A DNA stretch of 64,000 nt from Crocinitomicaceae bacterium (GTDB taxonomy: Bacteria; Bacteroidota; Bacteroidia; Flavobacteriales_D; Crocinitomicaceae), in assembly GCA_030830205.1 (NCBI GenBank), contig JAURNL010000041.1, forward strand, positions 6,635-70,634, in the 5' to 3' direction. Under the pieces are notes generated by a model. It saw only the letters and a program-made list of their open reading frames with translations. It made no database searches and had not been told where the DNA came from. Both the position numbers and the translations under genes were made by a program. This document shows positions 38,037 through 47,153 of this stretch, in pieces; positions within the stretch are counted from its first letter, which is position 1; each line of letters starts with the position of its first letter.

Positions 38037-38743
38037 TTCGTTTTCAACATACCGAAATTGGTTATCATCGACCGCTCCTGGCCATAGAAGACCTACATCT
38101 TCAGACAGGAAAAGTATATGCTTTGTTGGGATTAAACGGTTCAGGAAAATCTACTTTGCTTAAAACTTTGGCGGCACAAATAACTGTGCTTTCAGGTAAT
38201 TTATTAATTAATGATTTTAAAGTTGAAGAACTTGCTCAAAACGCCAACTTACGCGCTCAGCAAATTGCGTTTGTTTCGAGTCGCTTTGAGGGTGTCGAAC
38301 ATCTAAGTGTAGCAGATTATGTGGGTCTCGGACGTATTCCTTATGCATCAATTTTTGGTAAATTGACAGCCGATGAAAGGCAACTAGTACATGACACCTT
38401 AGAAAAACTCGGATTGTCTTATTTATCCGAAAAACGTACGCTCGAGATCAGTGATGGTGAAAGGCAAATGGTGAGTTTGGCCAGAGCTTTTGTCCAAGAT
38501 ACCCCTGTCTTACTTTTAGATGAACCAGCTAGTTTTTTAGATTTTTTAAATAGAGAGCAACTGCTTCGCACTTTGATTCCATGGGCTATGCATACAAATA
38601 GATGCGTAGTGCTCTCGAGTCATGATTTAGATTTGTGCATTGAACATGACTTGCCGTTGCTATTACTAGCCCAGCAAAAATTGAACGTAGTACAAGGACT
38701 TTCAAAAAGGGATGTGCAGCAATTATTGATTGAAAAAGCTTGA
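38033..38743 (+). CDS. ABC transporter ATP-binding protein
   Basis: Walker A GLNGSGKSTLLKTL, signature ISDGERQMVSLARAF, and Walker B LLLDEPASFLD. Confidence 0.9.
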   Translation: MIRFQHTEIGYHRPLLAIEDLHLQTGKVYALLGLNGSGKSTLLKTLAAQITVLSGNLLINDFKVEELAQNANLRAQQIAFVSSRFEGVEHLSVADYVGLGRIPYASIFGKLTADERQLVHDTLEKLGLSYLSEKRTLEISDGERQMVSLARAFVQDTPVLLLDEPASFLDFLNREQLLRTLIPWAMHTNRCVVLSSHDLDLCIEHDLPLLLLAQQKLNVVQGLSKRDVQQLLIEKA

Positions 38744-38744
38744 C

Positions 38745-39308
38745 CTATACAGTCATGATATCTTTTTCTTTTTGCTCTAACAACTCATCAACTTTTTTGA
38801 TGTAATTGTTAGTAATCTTTTGTACTTCTTCTTCACCCACCTTGATCAGGTCTTCAGATAGACCTTCGTTTTTAAGGTCTTTGATCATGTCTAAGGAGTC
38901 TTTGCGGTTATTTCGAATGCCAATTTTCGCATTTTCAGCTTCCATTTTAGCACGTTTTACTAATTCGCGTCGACGTTCTTCAGTAAGTGGAGGAACCGTT
39001 ATGATGAGTTGTTCTCCGTTATTTTGAGGATTGAGACCTAAATTTGCATTGATGATACCTTTCGCGATATCATTTAAGAGTGGTTTTTCCCAAGGCTGAA
39101 CAATAATAGTTCTTGCGTCAGTAGTATTTACGTTTGCAACTTGTTGTAAAGGTGTCATAGAGCCATAATACTCTACCATCACACTATTGAGCATGGCAGG
39201 GCTTGCCTTTCCAGCCCGAATTTTAACAAGTTCGTTGTCGAGGTGAATTAAGGATTTTTGGTTTGCTTCCTTAAATTCGTCATAAATCATTGTAAGTTCT
39301 TCTGTCAT
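38745..39308 (-). CDS. frr: ribosome recycling factor
   Basis: 187 aa with [20 protein letters not shown] and [13 protein letters not shown]. Confidence 0.96.
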   Translation of the reverse strand: MTEELTMIYDEFKEANQKSLIHLDNELVKIRAGKASPAMLNSVMVEYYGSMTPLQQVANVNTTDARTIIVQPWEKPLLNDIAKGIINANLGLNPQNNGEQLIITVPPLTEERRRELVKRAKMEAENAKIGIRNNRKDSLDMIKDLKNEGLSEDLIKVGEEEVQKITNNYIKKVDELLEQKEKDIMTV

Positions 39309-40015
39309 GATGCGCTAACTAAAGTTCCGACAGGCGCTCCTTCCATTAATTTGCGTAAGTTGCCGGGAGTGTCCATGTCAAATACGATGATGGGTAAATT
39401 ATTTTCTTTACAGAGTGTAAATGCCGTCATGTCCATGACGTTGAGCCCTCTGGCATAAACTTCGTCGAAGGAAATGTGTTCAAATTTTGTTGCGCTGCTG
39501 TCTTTGAGCGGATCAGCAGTGTAAATTCCGTCCACTCTTGTGCCTTTCAATATCACTTCTGCGTTAATTTCAATGGCTCTTAATGAAGCTGCGGAGTCAG
39601 TAGTAAAAAATGGATTTCCAGTACCAGCACCAAATATGACTACGCGACCTTTTTCCAGATGTCGTACTGCTCTTCTGCGTACAAATGGCTCAGCTATTTC
39701 ATTCATTTCAATGGCTGATTGTAAACGAGTGATCACGCCAGCGGATTCTAACGCTGATTGAAGTGCCATAGAGTTAATCATAGTTGCAAGCATACCCATA
39801 TAATCACCATGGGTACGATCCATGCCTCCTTGTTCAGCTTGAACACCCCTGAAAATATTGCCTCCCCCAATGACAATGGCGATTTCAACACCTGCATCAT
39901 TGAGTTCTTTGATTTGATTCGCATAAGCACTAATGCGAGCGTTATCTATACCAAATTGTTTGTCTCCCATTAGAGACTCACCAGATAATTTGAGAAGTAT
40001 GCGTTTGTATTTCAT
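39305..40015 (-). CDS. pyrH: UMP kinase
   Basis: [23 protein letters not shown] and [13 protein letters not shown]. Confidence 0.96.
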   Translation of the reverse strand: MKYKRILLKLSGESLMGDKQFGIDNARISAYANQIKELNDAGVEIAIVIGGGNIFRGVQAEQGGMDRTHGDYMGMLATMINSMALQSALESAGVITRLQSAIEMNEIAEPFVRRRAVRHLEKGRVVIFGAGTGNPFFTTDSAASLRAIEINAEVILKGTRVDGIYTADPLKDSSATKFEHISFDEVYARGLNVMDMTAFTLCKENNLPIIVFDMDTPGNLRKLMEGAPVGTLVSAS

Positions 40016-40023
40016 AAGCAGGA

Positions 40024-40031
40024 CAAATATA
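40024..40031 (-). promoter_or_regulatory. putative -7 box TATATTTG (minus strand), 8 nt before the pyrH ATG
   Basis: The plus strand reads caaatata, located just downstream of the tsf terminator. Confidence 0.4.
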
Positions 40032-40068
40032 CTATGAATCGTTTTGAAATCAATTTAGGGTAAAAAAA

Positions 40069-40088
40069 AAGCTATCGATTTCGATAGC
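40069..40088 (-). terminator. rho-independent terminator after tsf
   Basis: Stems agctatcg and cgatagct with loop attt. An A9 run lies on the plus side (T-run on the minus strand) and TTTTT on the other side. Confidence 0.7.
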
Positions 40089-40109
40089 TTTTTAATTTTT
40101 TGGAGTTGT

Positions 40110-40940
40110 TTAGCTCAAGGAGAAACGTTGGAATTCAGAAACCGTAAGGCCTTTTGCCGTGCTGTTTAAGAATTGTTCTACTGTTACTTTGTTGTCGCGA
40201 ACAAATGCTTGACTCAATAATGTATTTTCTTGGAAGAATTTGTTTAAGCGACCCATAGCAATTTTTTCTGCCATTTCAGCAGGTTTACCTTCTTGGATAG
40301 CTAATTCTTTACCGATTTCAATTTCACGCTCAATTGTGCGTTCGTCTACACCGTTTTTATCTACTGCAATTGGAGCCATGGCAGCTACTTGCATTGCTAC
40401 CTGACGACCAGCTTCTGCAACTTCTTCACCAGCAATTGTAAGTCCAACAAGTGTAGCTAACTGGTTTCCTGGGTGGTTGTAAGCAACAACGTTTTCGCTG
40501 CGAACAACTGCGTAAGCAGAAAGATCTAATTTTTCACCAATTACACCAACCTGTTCTGTAATTTTTTCTTCAACCGATAGTTTAGAATCGTAGGCTAATC
40601 CTTTTAATTCTTCAGCGGTAGCAGGAAGATTTTGTAGTGCGAGGTCAACTAATGATTGCACAAATGAAACATATCCGTCGTTTTTTGCAACGAAATCAGT
40701 TTCGCAATTAAGTGTTAGAATGACACCAGCTTTGCCATCGGCAGTAGCTTGAGCCATAACTAAACCTTCTTTAGCGTCATTTCCACCGCGTTTTGCAGCG
40801 ATTTTCTGACCTTTTTTACGAAGAATATCGATAGCGGTTTCAAAATCACCATTGGCTTCTACCAAGGCATTTTTACAATCCATCATGCCAGCGCCTGTCT
40901 GTTGGCGCAATTTGTTTACGTCTGCAGCTGTGATAGCCAT
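40110..40940 (-). CDS. tsf: translation elongation factor Ts
   Basis: MAITAADVNKLRQQTGAGMMDCKNAL N-terminus. The ORF-track start at 41024 overlaps rpsB and is an upstream extension. Confidence 0.95.
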   Translation of the reverse strand: MAITAADVNKLRQQTGAGMMDCKNALVEANGDFETAIDILRKKGQKIAAKRGGNDAKEGLVMAQATADGKAGVILTLNCETDFVAKNDGYVSFVQSLVDLALQNLPATAEELKGLAYDSKLSVEEKITEQVGVIGEKLDLSAYAVVRSENVVAYNHPGNQLATLVGLTIAGEEVAEAGRQVAMQVAAMAPIAVDKNGVDERTIEREIEIGKELAIQEGKPAEMAEKIAMGRLNKFFQENTLLSQAFVRDNKVTVEQFLNSTAKGLTVSEFQRFSLS

Positions 40941-40962
40941 TTTATAAGAGTTTATGGGTGAA

Positions 40963-41733
40963 TTATTCTGCGCTTTCTGTAGTCTCTGCAGCTGCTTCTG
41001 CTTGAGCTTCAGCAGGTGCTTCATCTTTGTCCGAAGACTTCAAGTTCTTGCGATCTTCTAAACCTTCTTTGATAGCGCCACAAATTGCGTCAAGAATCAA
41101 AGTAATAGATTTAGTAGCATCATCGTTTGCAGGGATAGGGAAATCAACCAACTTAGGATTTGAATTCGTATCGACCATTGCAAATGTTGGGATATTCAAA
41201 CGACGTGCTTCAGCAAGCGCAATGTGTTCTTTGAGGATATCAACGATGAAAATTGCGGCAGGTTGACGAGTCATATCTGAAATTGAACCAAAGTTCTTTT
41301 CAAGTTTCTCGCGCTGACGACTTTTGAATAATTTTTCTCTTTTGTTGAGTGTATCCCAAGTACCATCTGATTTCATTTTGTCGATAAGCGACATTTTGCG
41401 AATAGATTTACGGGTAGTTTGGAAGTTTGTCAACATACCACCAGACCAACGCTCAGTAACGAAAGGCATATTAACAGCAGCAACTCGTTCTGCAACGATT
41501 TCTTTTGCTTGTTTTTTGGTAGCAACAAAAAGAACTTTTTTACCTGATTTTGCTATTTGCTTCATTGCAGCGCAAGCATGATCAAGGTGAAGTAAAGTTT
41601 TATTAAGGTCAATGATGTGAATTCCTTTCTTTTCTTCGAAGATGTAAGGAGCCATTGCCGGATTCCACTTACGCTTGAGGTGACCAAAATGTACACCTGC
41701 GTCGAGTAGGTTTTCAAAAGTTAATTTAGACAT
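40963..41733 (-). CDS. rpsB: 30S ribosomal protein S2
   Basis: LLDAGVHFGH and a conserved S2 core, with an acidic Ala/Glu-rich C-terminal tail. Confidence 0.97.
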   Translation of the reverse strand: MSKLTFENLLDAGVHFGHLKRKWNPAMAPYIFEEKKGIHIIDLNKTLLHLDHACAAMKQIAKSGKKVLFVATKKQAKEIVAERVAAVNMPFVTERWSGGMLTNFQTTRKSIRKMSLIDKMKSDGTWDTLNKREKLFKSRQREKLEKNFGSISDMTRQPAAIFIVDILKEHIALAEARRLNIPTFAMVDTNSNPKLVDFPIPANDDATKSITLILDAICGAIKEGLEDRKNLKSSDKDEAPAEAQAEAAAETTESAE

Positions 41734-41834
41734 ATTTTGTTTTTGTTTACGTTCCTATTAAATTAAAGCAACATTGTAGGGGCCTAAAAGGCAAGTACTG
41801 CAATGCTTGGATGCTAAACAGTCCAGATAGCGTA

Positions 41835-42221
41835 TTAACGCTTGGAGAACTGGAATTTCTTTCTTGCTTTTGGTTGACCTGGTTTTTTACGTTCAACCAT
41901 ACGTGGGTCACGTGTCATGAGGCCTTCCACTTTAAGCATTGGTTTGTAGTCTGCAGAAATTTCAACGAGTGCACGAGAAATACCTAAACGTACTGCCTCA
42001 GCTTGACCGTTGATACCACCACCAACAACATTTACTTTAACATCGTACTGACCTTCTGTTCCGGTAAGTGCGAATGGTTGATGTACTTTTGCCTGAAGAA
42101 AGTCAATAGGGAAAAATTCATTCATCTCGCGTTTGTTGATCGAGATTTTACCTTTTCCTTTTGTTAAATAAACACGCGCAACCGCTGTTTTTCTTCTTCC
42201 TAATGAGTTAATGACTTCCAT
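41835..42221 (-). CDS. rpsI: 30S ribosomal protein S9
   Basis: GRRKTAVARV and the C-terminal KKFQFSKR. Confidence 0.97.
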   Translation of the reverse strand: MEVINSLGRRKTAVARVYLTKGKGKISINKREMNEFFPIDFLQAKVHQPFALTGTEGQYDVKVNVVGGGINGQAEAVRLGISRALVEISADYKPMLKVEGLMTRDPRMVERKKPGQPKARKKFQFSKR

Positions 42222-42226
42222 ACTTT

Positions 42227-42682
42227 TTATTTGAGGGTATCAAGATTCAATAATTCAGGTTGCTGCGCTTCATGGCTGTGCGAAGCTCCTTTGTATACTT
42301 TAAGATTAGTGTAAAGTTTGCGACCAAGCGTATTTTTTGGAAGCATACCTTTAATTGCTTTTTCTATGAGACGCTCAGGGTGATTCTTGAGCATATTCTC
42401 AGCAGAGGTAAAACGTTGACCACCTGGATAACCAGAGAAGCGAACGTATTCTTTATCTTGTAGTTTAGTTCCTGAAAAGGCAATTTTTTCCGCATTGATA
42501 ATGATCACATTATCTCCACAGTCCGCATGCGGTGTGTAACAGGTTTTATATTTTCCACGGATGACTTTGGCAACTTTACTCGCCAAACGTCCAACTGTTT
42601 GACCTTCAGCATCCACTACATACCACTTCTTATCGGCAGTTTCGGTATTACCAGCTAACGTTCTGTAACTTAATGTGTTCAC
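42227..42682 (-). CDS. rplM: 50S ribosomal protein L13
   Basis: [18 protein letters not shown] and [12 protein letters not shown]. Confidence 0.97.
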   Translation of the reverse strand: MNTLSYRTLAGNTETADKKWYVVDAEGQTVGRLASKVAKVIRGKYKTCYTPHADCGDNVIIINAEKIAFSGTKLQDKEYVRFSGYPGGQRFTSAENMLKNHPERLIEKAIKGMLPKNTLGRKLYTNLKVYKGASHSHEAQQPELLNLDTLK

Positions 42683-42730
42683 GGTTCTTTCTATTAAATA
42701 AAAAACTTAATTTCCCTAAATTTAGGGGTG

Positions 42731-42761
42731 CAAAGATACAACTATTGTGTTTATTTACAAA
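42731..42761 (-). promoter_or_regulatory. putative promoter of the rplM-rpsI-rpsB-tsf operon: TTTG(42758-42761)-N19-TATCTTTG(42731-42738), minus strand
   Basis: The plus strand reads caaagata and caaa with 19-nt spacing, a full match to the Bacteroidota -33/-7 consensus. It lies 48 nt upstream of the rplM ATG. Confidence 0.55.
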
Positions 42762-42784
42762 CGAAAAGAAGAAAAAATCTCAGA

Positions 42785-43558
42785 TTATTTTGCTTTGAAG
42801 GCCGAAATAGCTGCTCGAGTGAAATCACTGAGCACTAAACGACCACTAATTGCTGCGCGTTCTAACAGTAAGTTATCCCAATTTTCAGTCCCCTGCCAAA
42901 AGATTTGTTTAAGTTCTTGCATGGCCTCAGGATTAGATTGCGCAAGTTTTTCGCTTAGTTTTTGAATGGCTGTATCTAGACTGATTTCATCGGGAAAAAT
43001 TTCAGTATATAGACCTTTATTTTTAGCCCACTCGGCACTGCGCCACTCTGTTGCATTAATGGCTAATTCACTCATCGCAGCTAAACCAATTTTTCTTTCA
43101 ACTGCTGGACCAACTACAAATGGTCCTATTCCGACAGCCAATTCAGATAGTTTGATGTCTGCTTTTGTCGTTGCAAAACAATAATCTGTCGCTGCCGCTA
43201 GGCCAACACCACCCCCGACTGCCTTACCTTGAACACGTCCGATAATAAGTTTGGGTGCTTTTCTACAAGCGTTTATTACTTTAGCAAAACCTGAAAAGAA
43301 GGCTAGTCCTGTATCTAAATCTTGAATATTTATGAGTTCGTCAAAACTGGCTCCTGCACAAAAAGCTTTGCTGCCTTGCGATTGGAGAACGAGTATTTTT
43401 GTGCGTTCGTCTGCGGCTAATGCTGTGATGGTATCGGCAAGTGTCTGCAGAATGTGACCAGGGAGCGAGTTGCTCATTGGATGTCCAAAAGTAATAAGGC
43501 CGATGCCGTTGTTGGTTATTTCAGTGAGAACAAAACCCTTTTCGTGTGTATTTTCCAT
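42785..43558 (-). CDS. enoyl-CoA hydratase/isomerase (crotonase) family protein
   Basis: SKAFCAGASFDEL and GKAVGGGVGLAAATD oxyanion-hole motifs. Confidence 0.88.
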   Translation of the reverse strand: MENTHEKGFVLTEITNNGIGLITFGHPMSNSLPGHILQTLADTITALAADERTKILVLQSQGSKAFCAGASFDELINIQDLDTGLAFFSGFAKVINACRKAPKLIIGRVQGKAVGGGVGLAAATDYCFATTKADIKLSELAVGIGPFVVGPAVERKIGLAAMSELAINATEWRSAEWAKNKGLYTEIFPDEISLDTAIQKLSEKLAQSNPEAMQELKQIFWQGTENWDNLLLERAAISGRLVLSDFTRAAISAFKAK

Positions 43559-43560
43559 AA

Positions 43561-44517
43561 TTATTTGAGCGAGAAGCTGTCTGTACCTATGAGTTGACCT
43601 TCACAGTAAATCCGAACTTTGTAGGTGCCTTTTGCGGCCTCTTCACCTTTTAGTTCATAGTAAATAGTGAGGTCTAATGCTTGATTTTGATAATCAACAT
43701 CCTTTCGTTGAGAGTAGGAAGTTCTGCCGTTTTCTGTATCGATGATGAAGTTACTGCTTCCTTGTAATACTTGTCCGTTAGGAGCAGTTATCTGAAGGTA
43801 TACACTTTTACGACCCGCTGTTGTTAAAACATTTTCTGAAAGGGTAAAACTACTTCTAAATTGCACCGCATTTTTAGCTCGATCAGTTACATCCATCGTG
43901 TTGTTGAGTCGTTGTTTTAGTGCTTCAGATTGAATCCCATAGGCTTGAAGCTTACTTCCTTTCTTTACTTGCTGCTGTGATTCTTCGGCTTGTTTACGGT
44001 AGGTATCGCGTTCATTGGTTGTTGTAGAAAGTCGAATGTTTGTTTCTTCTAATCTACTGCCTAAATCGATATTAAGCGTGTTGAGTGAATCAATAGTTCT
44101 GGCATAACTGCGCATGATTCCGCGCAATGTTTCGTTCTCTTTTCTTGCTCTAACGAGGTCTCGAGCAGTCATTTTGGAGCGCTCTAATTTTTGAAGAAGC
44201 TGGGAGATTTGATTTTTTTGAGCATTCAAACTATCTGCTTTTGTTGCATCTTTTTCGATAAGTTTATTGTAGTTACTCAGCATTTGTTGAAGATCTTGCT
44301 TCAGGTCATTTTTCATAGAGCCGGTATAACCAGAAAGCGCAGCCTCCATATCAGCCATATCTGCAAGAAGTGTGTTGTTTTTATTGTTACAAGTATTGAG
44401 AGCTGCACGTTGTCTAGACCAGGCAAGCGTAAGACCAGCTAGTCCTGCTAGTAGGATAAAGATAAAGATGTAGTAAAAACTATTTGATTTTTGAGGTGCT
44501 TGAGGTGAGGTTTCCAT
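43561..44517 (-). CDS. hypothetical bitopic membrane protein with a long coiled coil and a C-terminal beta domain
   Basis: The start is set at METSPQAPQ (44517) because the track's longer ORF overlaps the upstream gene. One TM helix (FYYIFIFILLAGLAGLTLAW) is followed by ~180 aa of heptad-like Q/K/E/L-rich sequence and a ~100-aa beta-rich end. Confidence 0.6.
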   Translation of the reverse strand: METSPQAPQKSNSFYYIFIFILLAGLAGLTLAWSRQRAALNTCNNKNNTLLADMADMEAALSGYTGSMKNDLKQDLQQMLSNYNKLIEKDATKADSLNAQKNQISQLLQKLERSKMTARDLVRARKENETLRGIMRSYARTIDSLNTLNIDLGSRLEETNIRLSTTTNERDTYRKQAEESQQQVKKGSKLQAYGIQSEALKQRLNNTMDVTDRAKNAVQFRSSFTLSENVLTTAGRKSVYLQITAPNGQVLQGSSNFIIDTENGRTSYSQRKDVDYQNQALDLTIYYELKGEEAAKGTYKVRIYCEGQLIGTDSFSLK

Positions 44518-44572
44518 GATGACAGGTTTGATAATCAAAAATACAAAAGAAAATCTTGTGAAACATGCTTTT

Positions 44573-45997
44573 TTAACTCGTGTGCACTTGCCAGCATACT
44601 TCTTTGGTGAATCTGTAGATGCTGTCTGGTCCAACAGCTGTAAATCGCACATCACTACTTGATGGGTACGGCCCTCCGTGTTGCATTGCAATATCTACAC
44701 TAACGCCGGTTGGAACACCGTTGTGTACGATGCGCCCAACCTTATGATTCAGGGTATATTGAAGAGATTGGGAGAGGAAATCTGGATTTGAATTAAAAAT
44801 ACTACAGGTGAGTTGACCGCCTAACTGTTGGAATAGTTTCTGGATATCATCTTCTGTTTCAAAGCTACTTAATACTGCAAAAGGGCCAAAAACTTCTTCA
44901 AGAAGTGTCGGTTCTTGTTGGAGTTGATTGAAAGAAATTTCAGTCAGCGCCCAACGACCAATAATACCGTTTAAGTGAGCTGTTGTTTGGTGACGTACAA
45001 TTCCTTTTACGCTGAATACTTGCTGTTTACGTGCTTCATATTTTTGATGAATATCGGGGTGAAGCATTGGCACAGGTTTTTGAACTGCGAGCGCACCAAG
45101 AATGGCTATTTTAAAATGCGCAAAATGACTTTCATGAACCAATAGTAATCCAGGTTTGGTGCAGAATTGCCCTGCATCTGTACAGATAGAACGCGCTAAT
45201 TTTTCTGCGGCTTCTTGAATCTTTGAGGCGGGGTAATCTGCAAATATTATAACGGGATTTAGACTTCCCATTTCAGCAAAAACAGGAATTGGACTGGATC
45301 TTTGAGCTGCCAAATCCATAAGTGCACGACCGCCTTTAATACTTCCAGTAAATCCAATGGCTTGAATAGCATGATGTTGAGCGAAAGTACATGCCCAATA
45401 ATAGGTGTTATCGATGATATGGCTAAAAATAGCGGTTGGCAATTGTAGCTCAATAAGTGCGCGCTCTACGCAATGAGCTACTGCACTGCTTGTTCCCACA
45501 TGCATGGGGTGTGCTTTTAGGACTACACAGCATCCTGCAGCTAATGCCGCCACCGTATCTCCTCCCATGGTTGAATATGCCAAGGGAAAATTAGAAGAAC
45601 CAAGAACTAGAACTGGGCCGATCGGTAATCTTTTTTTATTCAAGGATTTCCCTTCAGTAATAAAAATCGATTTTTTTTCCCATGACATTTTTTGAATGTG
45701 CTCGCTAAAGTCTCGGATAGTTTGGGTCAATCTATTGAATTCTGCTTCAAAACGCATGGAGCTGAGACCACTTTCTTGACAATAAAGCGTTTCAATTTGA
45801 GCTTTGTCTGCTAAGATAAATTTTAAGATTTTTTCGAGCAGTTGAACACGTATTTTTACGGAGGAGGAACCAAATTGAGCTTGGGCACTATGTATTTGGC
45901 TTTCCCAATGCTGCAGAAAAGATGGTGGTGTAGGGAAGAATAATTTGTTATCCCAAGTATTTTGGGCTGCATTGAAGGTCCTGAAACCTTTGGACAT
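44573..45997 (-). CDS. NAD(P)-dependent aldehyde dehydrogenase (2,5-dioxovalerate / ketoglutarate-semialdehyde dehydrogenase-like)
   Basis: Catalytic Glu motif FAEMGSLNP and catalytic Cys motif DAGQFCTKPG. Confidence 0.85.
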   Translation of the reverse strand: MSKGFRTFNAAQNTWDNKLFFPTPPSFLQHWESQIHSAQAQFGSSSVKIRVQLLEKILKFILADKAQIETLYCQESGLSSMRFEAEFNRLTQTIRDFSEHIQKMSWEKKSIFITEGKSLNKKRLPIGPVLVLGSSNFPLAYSTMGGDTVAALAAGCCVVLKAHPMHVGTSSAVAHCVERALIELQLPTAIFSHIIDNTYYWACTFAQHHAIQAIGFTGSIKGGRALMDLAAQRSSPIPVFAEMGSLNPVIIFADYPASKIQEAAEKLARSICTDAGQFCTKPGLLLVHESHFAHFKIAILGALAVQKPVPMLHPDIHQKYEARKQQVFSVKGIVRHQTTAHLNGIIGRWALTEISFNQLQQEPTLLEEVFGPFAVLSSFETEDDIQKLFQQLGGQLTCSIFNSNPDFLSQSLQYTLNHKVGRIVHNGVPTGVSVDIAMQHGGPYPSSSDVRFTAVGPDSIYRFTKEVCWQVHTS

Positions 45998-46001
45998 ATG
46001 C

Positions 46002-46253
46002 TTAAGCTTCTGTTAGCTCAAAATGATAGCTTTCCATAATTTGGTTGGCCAGCATTTTTTTACATGCGGTATCTACTTTCTGTGCAGCTTCATCTTTGTT
46101 GGAAGCTTCTACAAAAAGTCTGATGTGTTTACCGATACGAACGCCTTCGATTTCCGCGAGGCCAATATTTTTCATGGAGTTAGTAACAGCTTTGCCTTGC
46201 GGGTCAAGAAGTGCATCTAGAGGCATGACGTCGATTTCAGCTTTGAATTTCAT
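46002..46253 (-). CDS. purS: phosphoribosylformylglycinamidine synthase subunit PurS
   Basis: 83 aa from MKFKAEIDVMPLDALLDPQGKAV, a PurS-like size and motif. Confidence 0.88.
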   Translation of the reverse strand: MKFKAEIDVMPLDALLDPQGKAVTNSMKNIGLAEIEGVRIGKHIRLFVEASNKDEAAQKVDTACKKMLANQIMESYHFELTEA

Positions 46254-47088
46254 GTTTTTTGAATTGAAAATGTTCAATGATGGATAAAATCAGGTACAAA
46301 ATTACAATTATTGGAATGGACCAAACCAAAAAAAATGGAATACTTATCAACGAAATGAAAAGCAATAAGTAACGAAATTGGTTGCCATTCCAGCTCAAGG
46401 ATTTGAATTTTAATGCAAGCAGGGGTAATTCTAGTATCATAAGTACTGAGAATAATACCGAAATGATGCTGAGTGTATAACAATCAAACAATTGTAAAAT
46501 CAACTTTGGTTGGTGACTCCAATTAGAGAGTTCAGTCCAAAAATAAAGTGGAAAAAATGAAAAGAATATGGTGGCAGTTGGGGTAGGGACACCAATAAAT
46601 TTATCGCTTTGTCTTTCATCGATATTGAACTTTGCCAATCGAAAAAGAGCAAAGAAAGGAATGATAAGAGCCGTAAATGGCAAGTACATTATAGAAGCAT
46701 TATAGATGTTGTTTCGACCATAAAAGAACGCTGCTTTCCAATCGATAAGTTGAGCGACAACATATTCTTGTGCTACACCACTGTATGTTCGTATGCCATC
46801 TGCATTTTTAAAGAGCCCGCTTTGATCAATGCCTATAATGATCATTACGAACATCAAAATACCCGGGGCTACTCCAAAACTAACGAGGTCTGCCAAAGAA
46901 TCGAGCTGTTTTCCAAGAAGGCTATTCGTTTTGGTATATCTTGCTACAAACCCATCTAAAAAATCTAGTATTGCTGAAACGGCAAGGGCATAAACAGCCC
47001 AGTCAAGCCGGCCACTCATACTAAAAATAATGGAGCAGATTCCGCCAAGTAGATTAAATGAAGTAAGGAGATTAGCGAGACCAAACAT
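46237..47088 (-). CDS. pssA: CDP-diacylglycerol-serine O-phosphatidyltransferase (CDP-alcohol phosphatidyltransferase family)
   Basis: DGFVARYTKTNSLLGKQLDSLAD fits D-G-x2-A-R-x8-G-x3-D-x3-D. The protein is multi-TM. The first ATG is at 47088; the track start at 47136 is a TTG. Confidence 0.8.
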   Translation of the reverse strand: MFGLANLLTSFNLLGGICSIIFSMSGRLDWAVYALAVSAILDFLDGFVARYTKTNSLLGKQLDSLADLVSFGVAPGILMFVMIIIGIDQSGLFKNADGIRTYSGVAQEYVVAQLIDWKAAFFYGRNNIYNASIMYLPFTALIIPFFALFRLAKFNIDERQSDKFIGVPTPTATIFFSFFPLYFWTELSNWSHQPKLILQLFDCYTLSIISVLFSVLMILELPLLALKFKSLSWNGNQFRYLLLFISLISIPFFLVWSIPIIVILYLILSIIEHFQFKKHEIQS

Positions 47089-47153
47089 GCTTTTGTTTTT
47101 TGTAAAAGTACCGATTAAACACAATTTTTTGTGCAATTTTGAGTTTTTGTATC

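Noticed and set aside
41734-41834. The 101-nt rpsI-rpsB spacer, considered as a structured ribosomal-protein leader or ncRNA
   Set aside because: I could not fold a convincing conserved structure by eye, and the known S2 leader motif is described mainly for gammaproteobacteria. A covariance-model scan is needed before any call.
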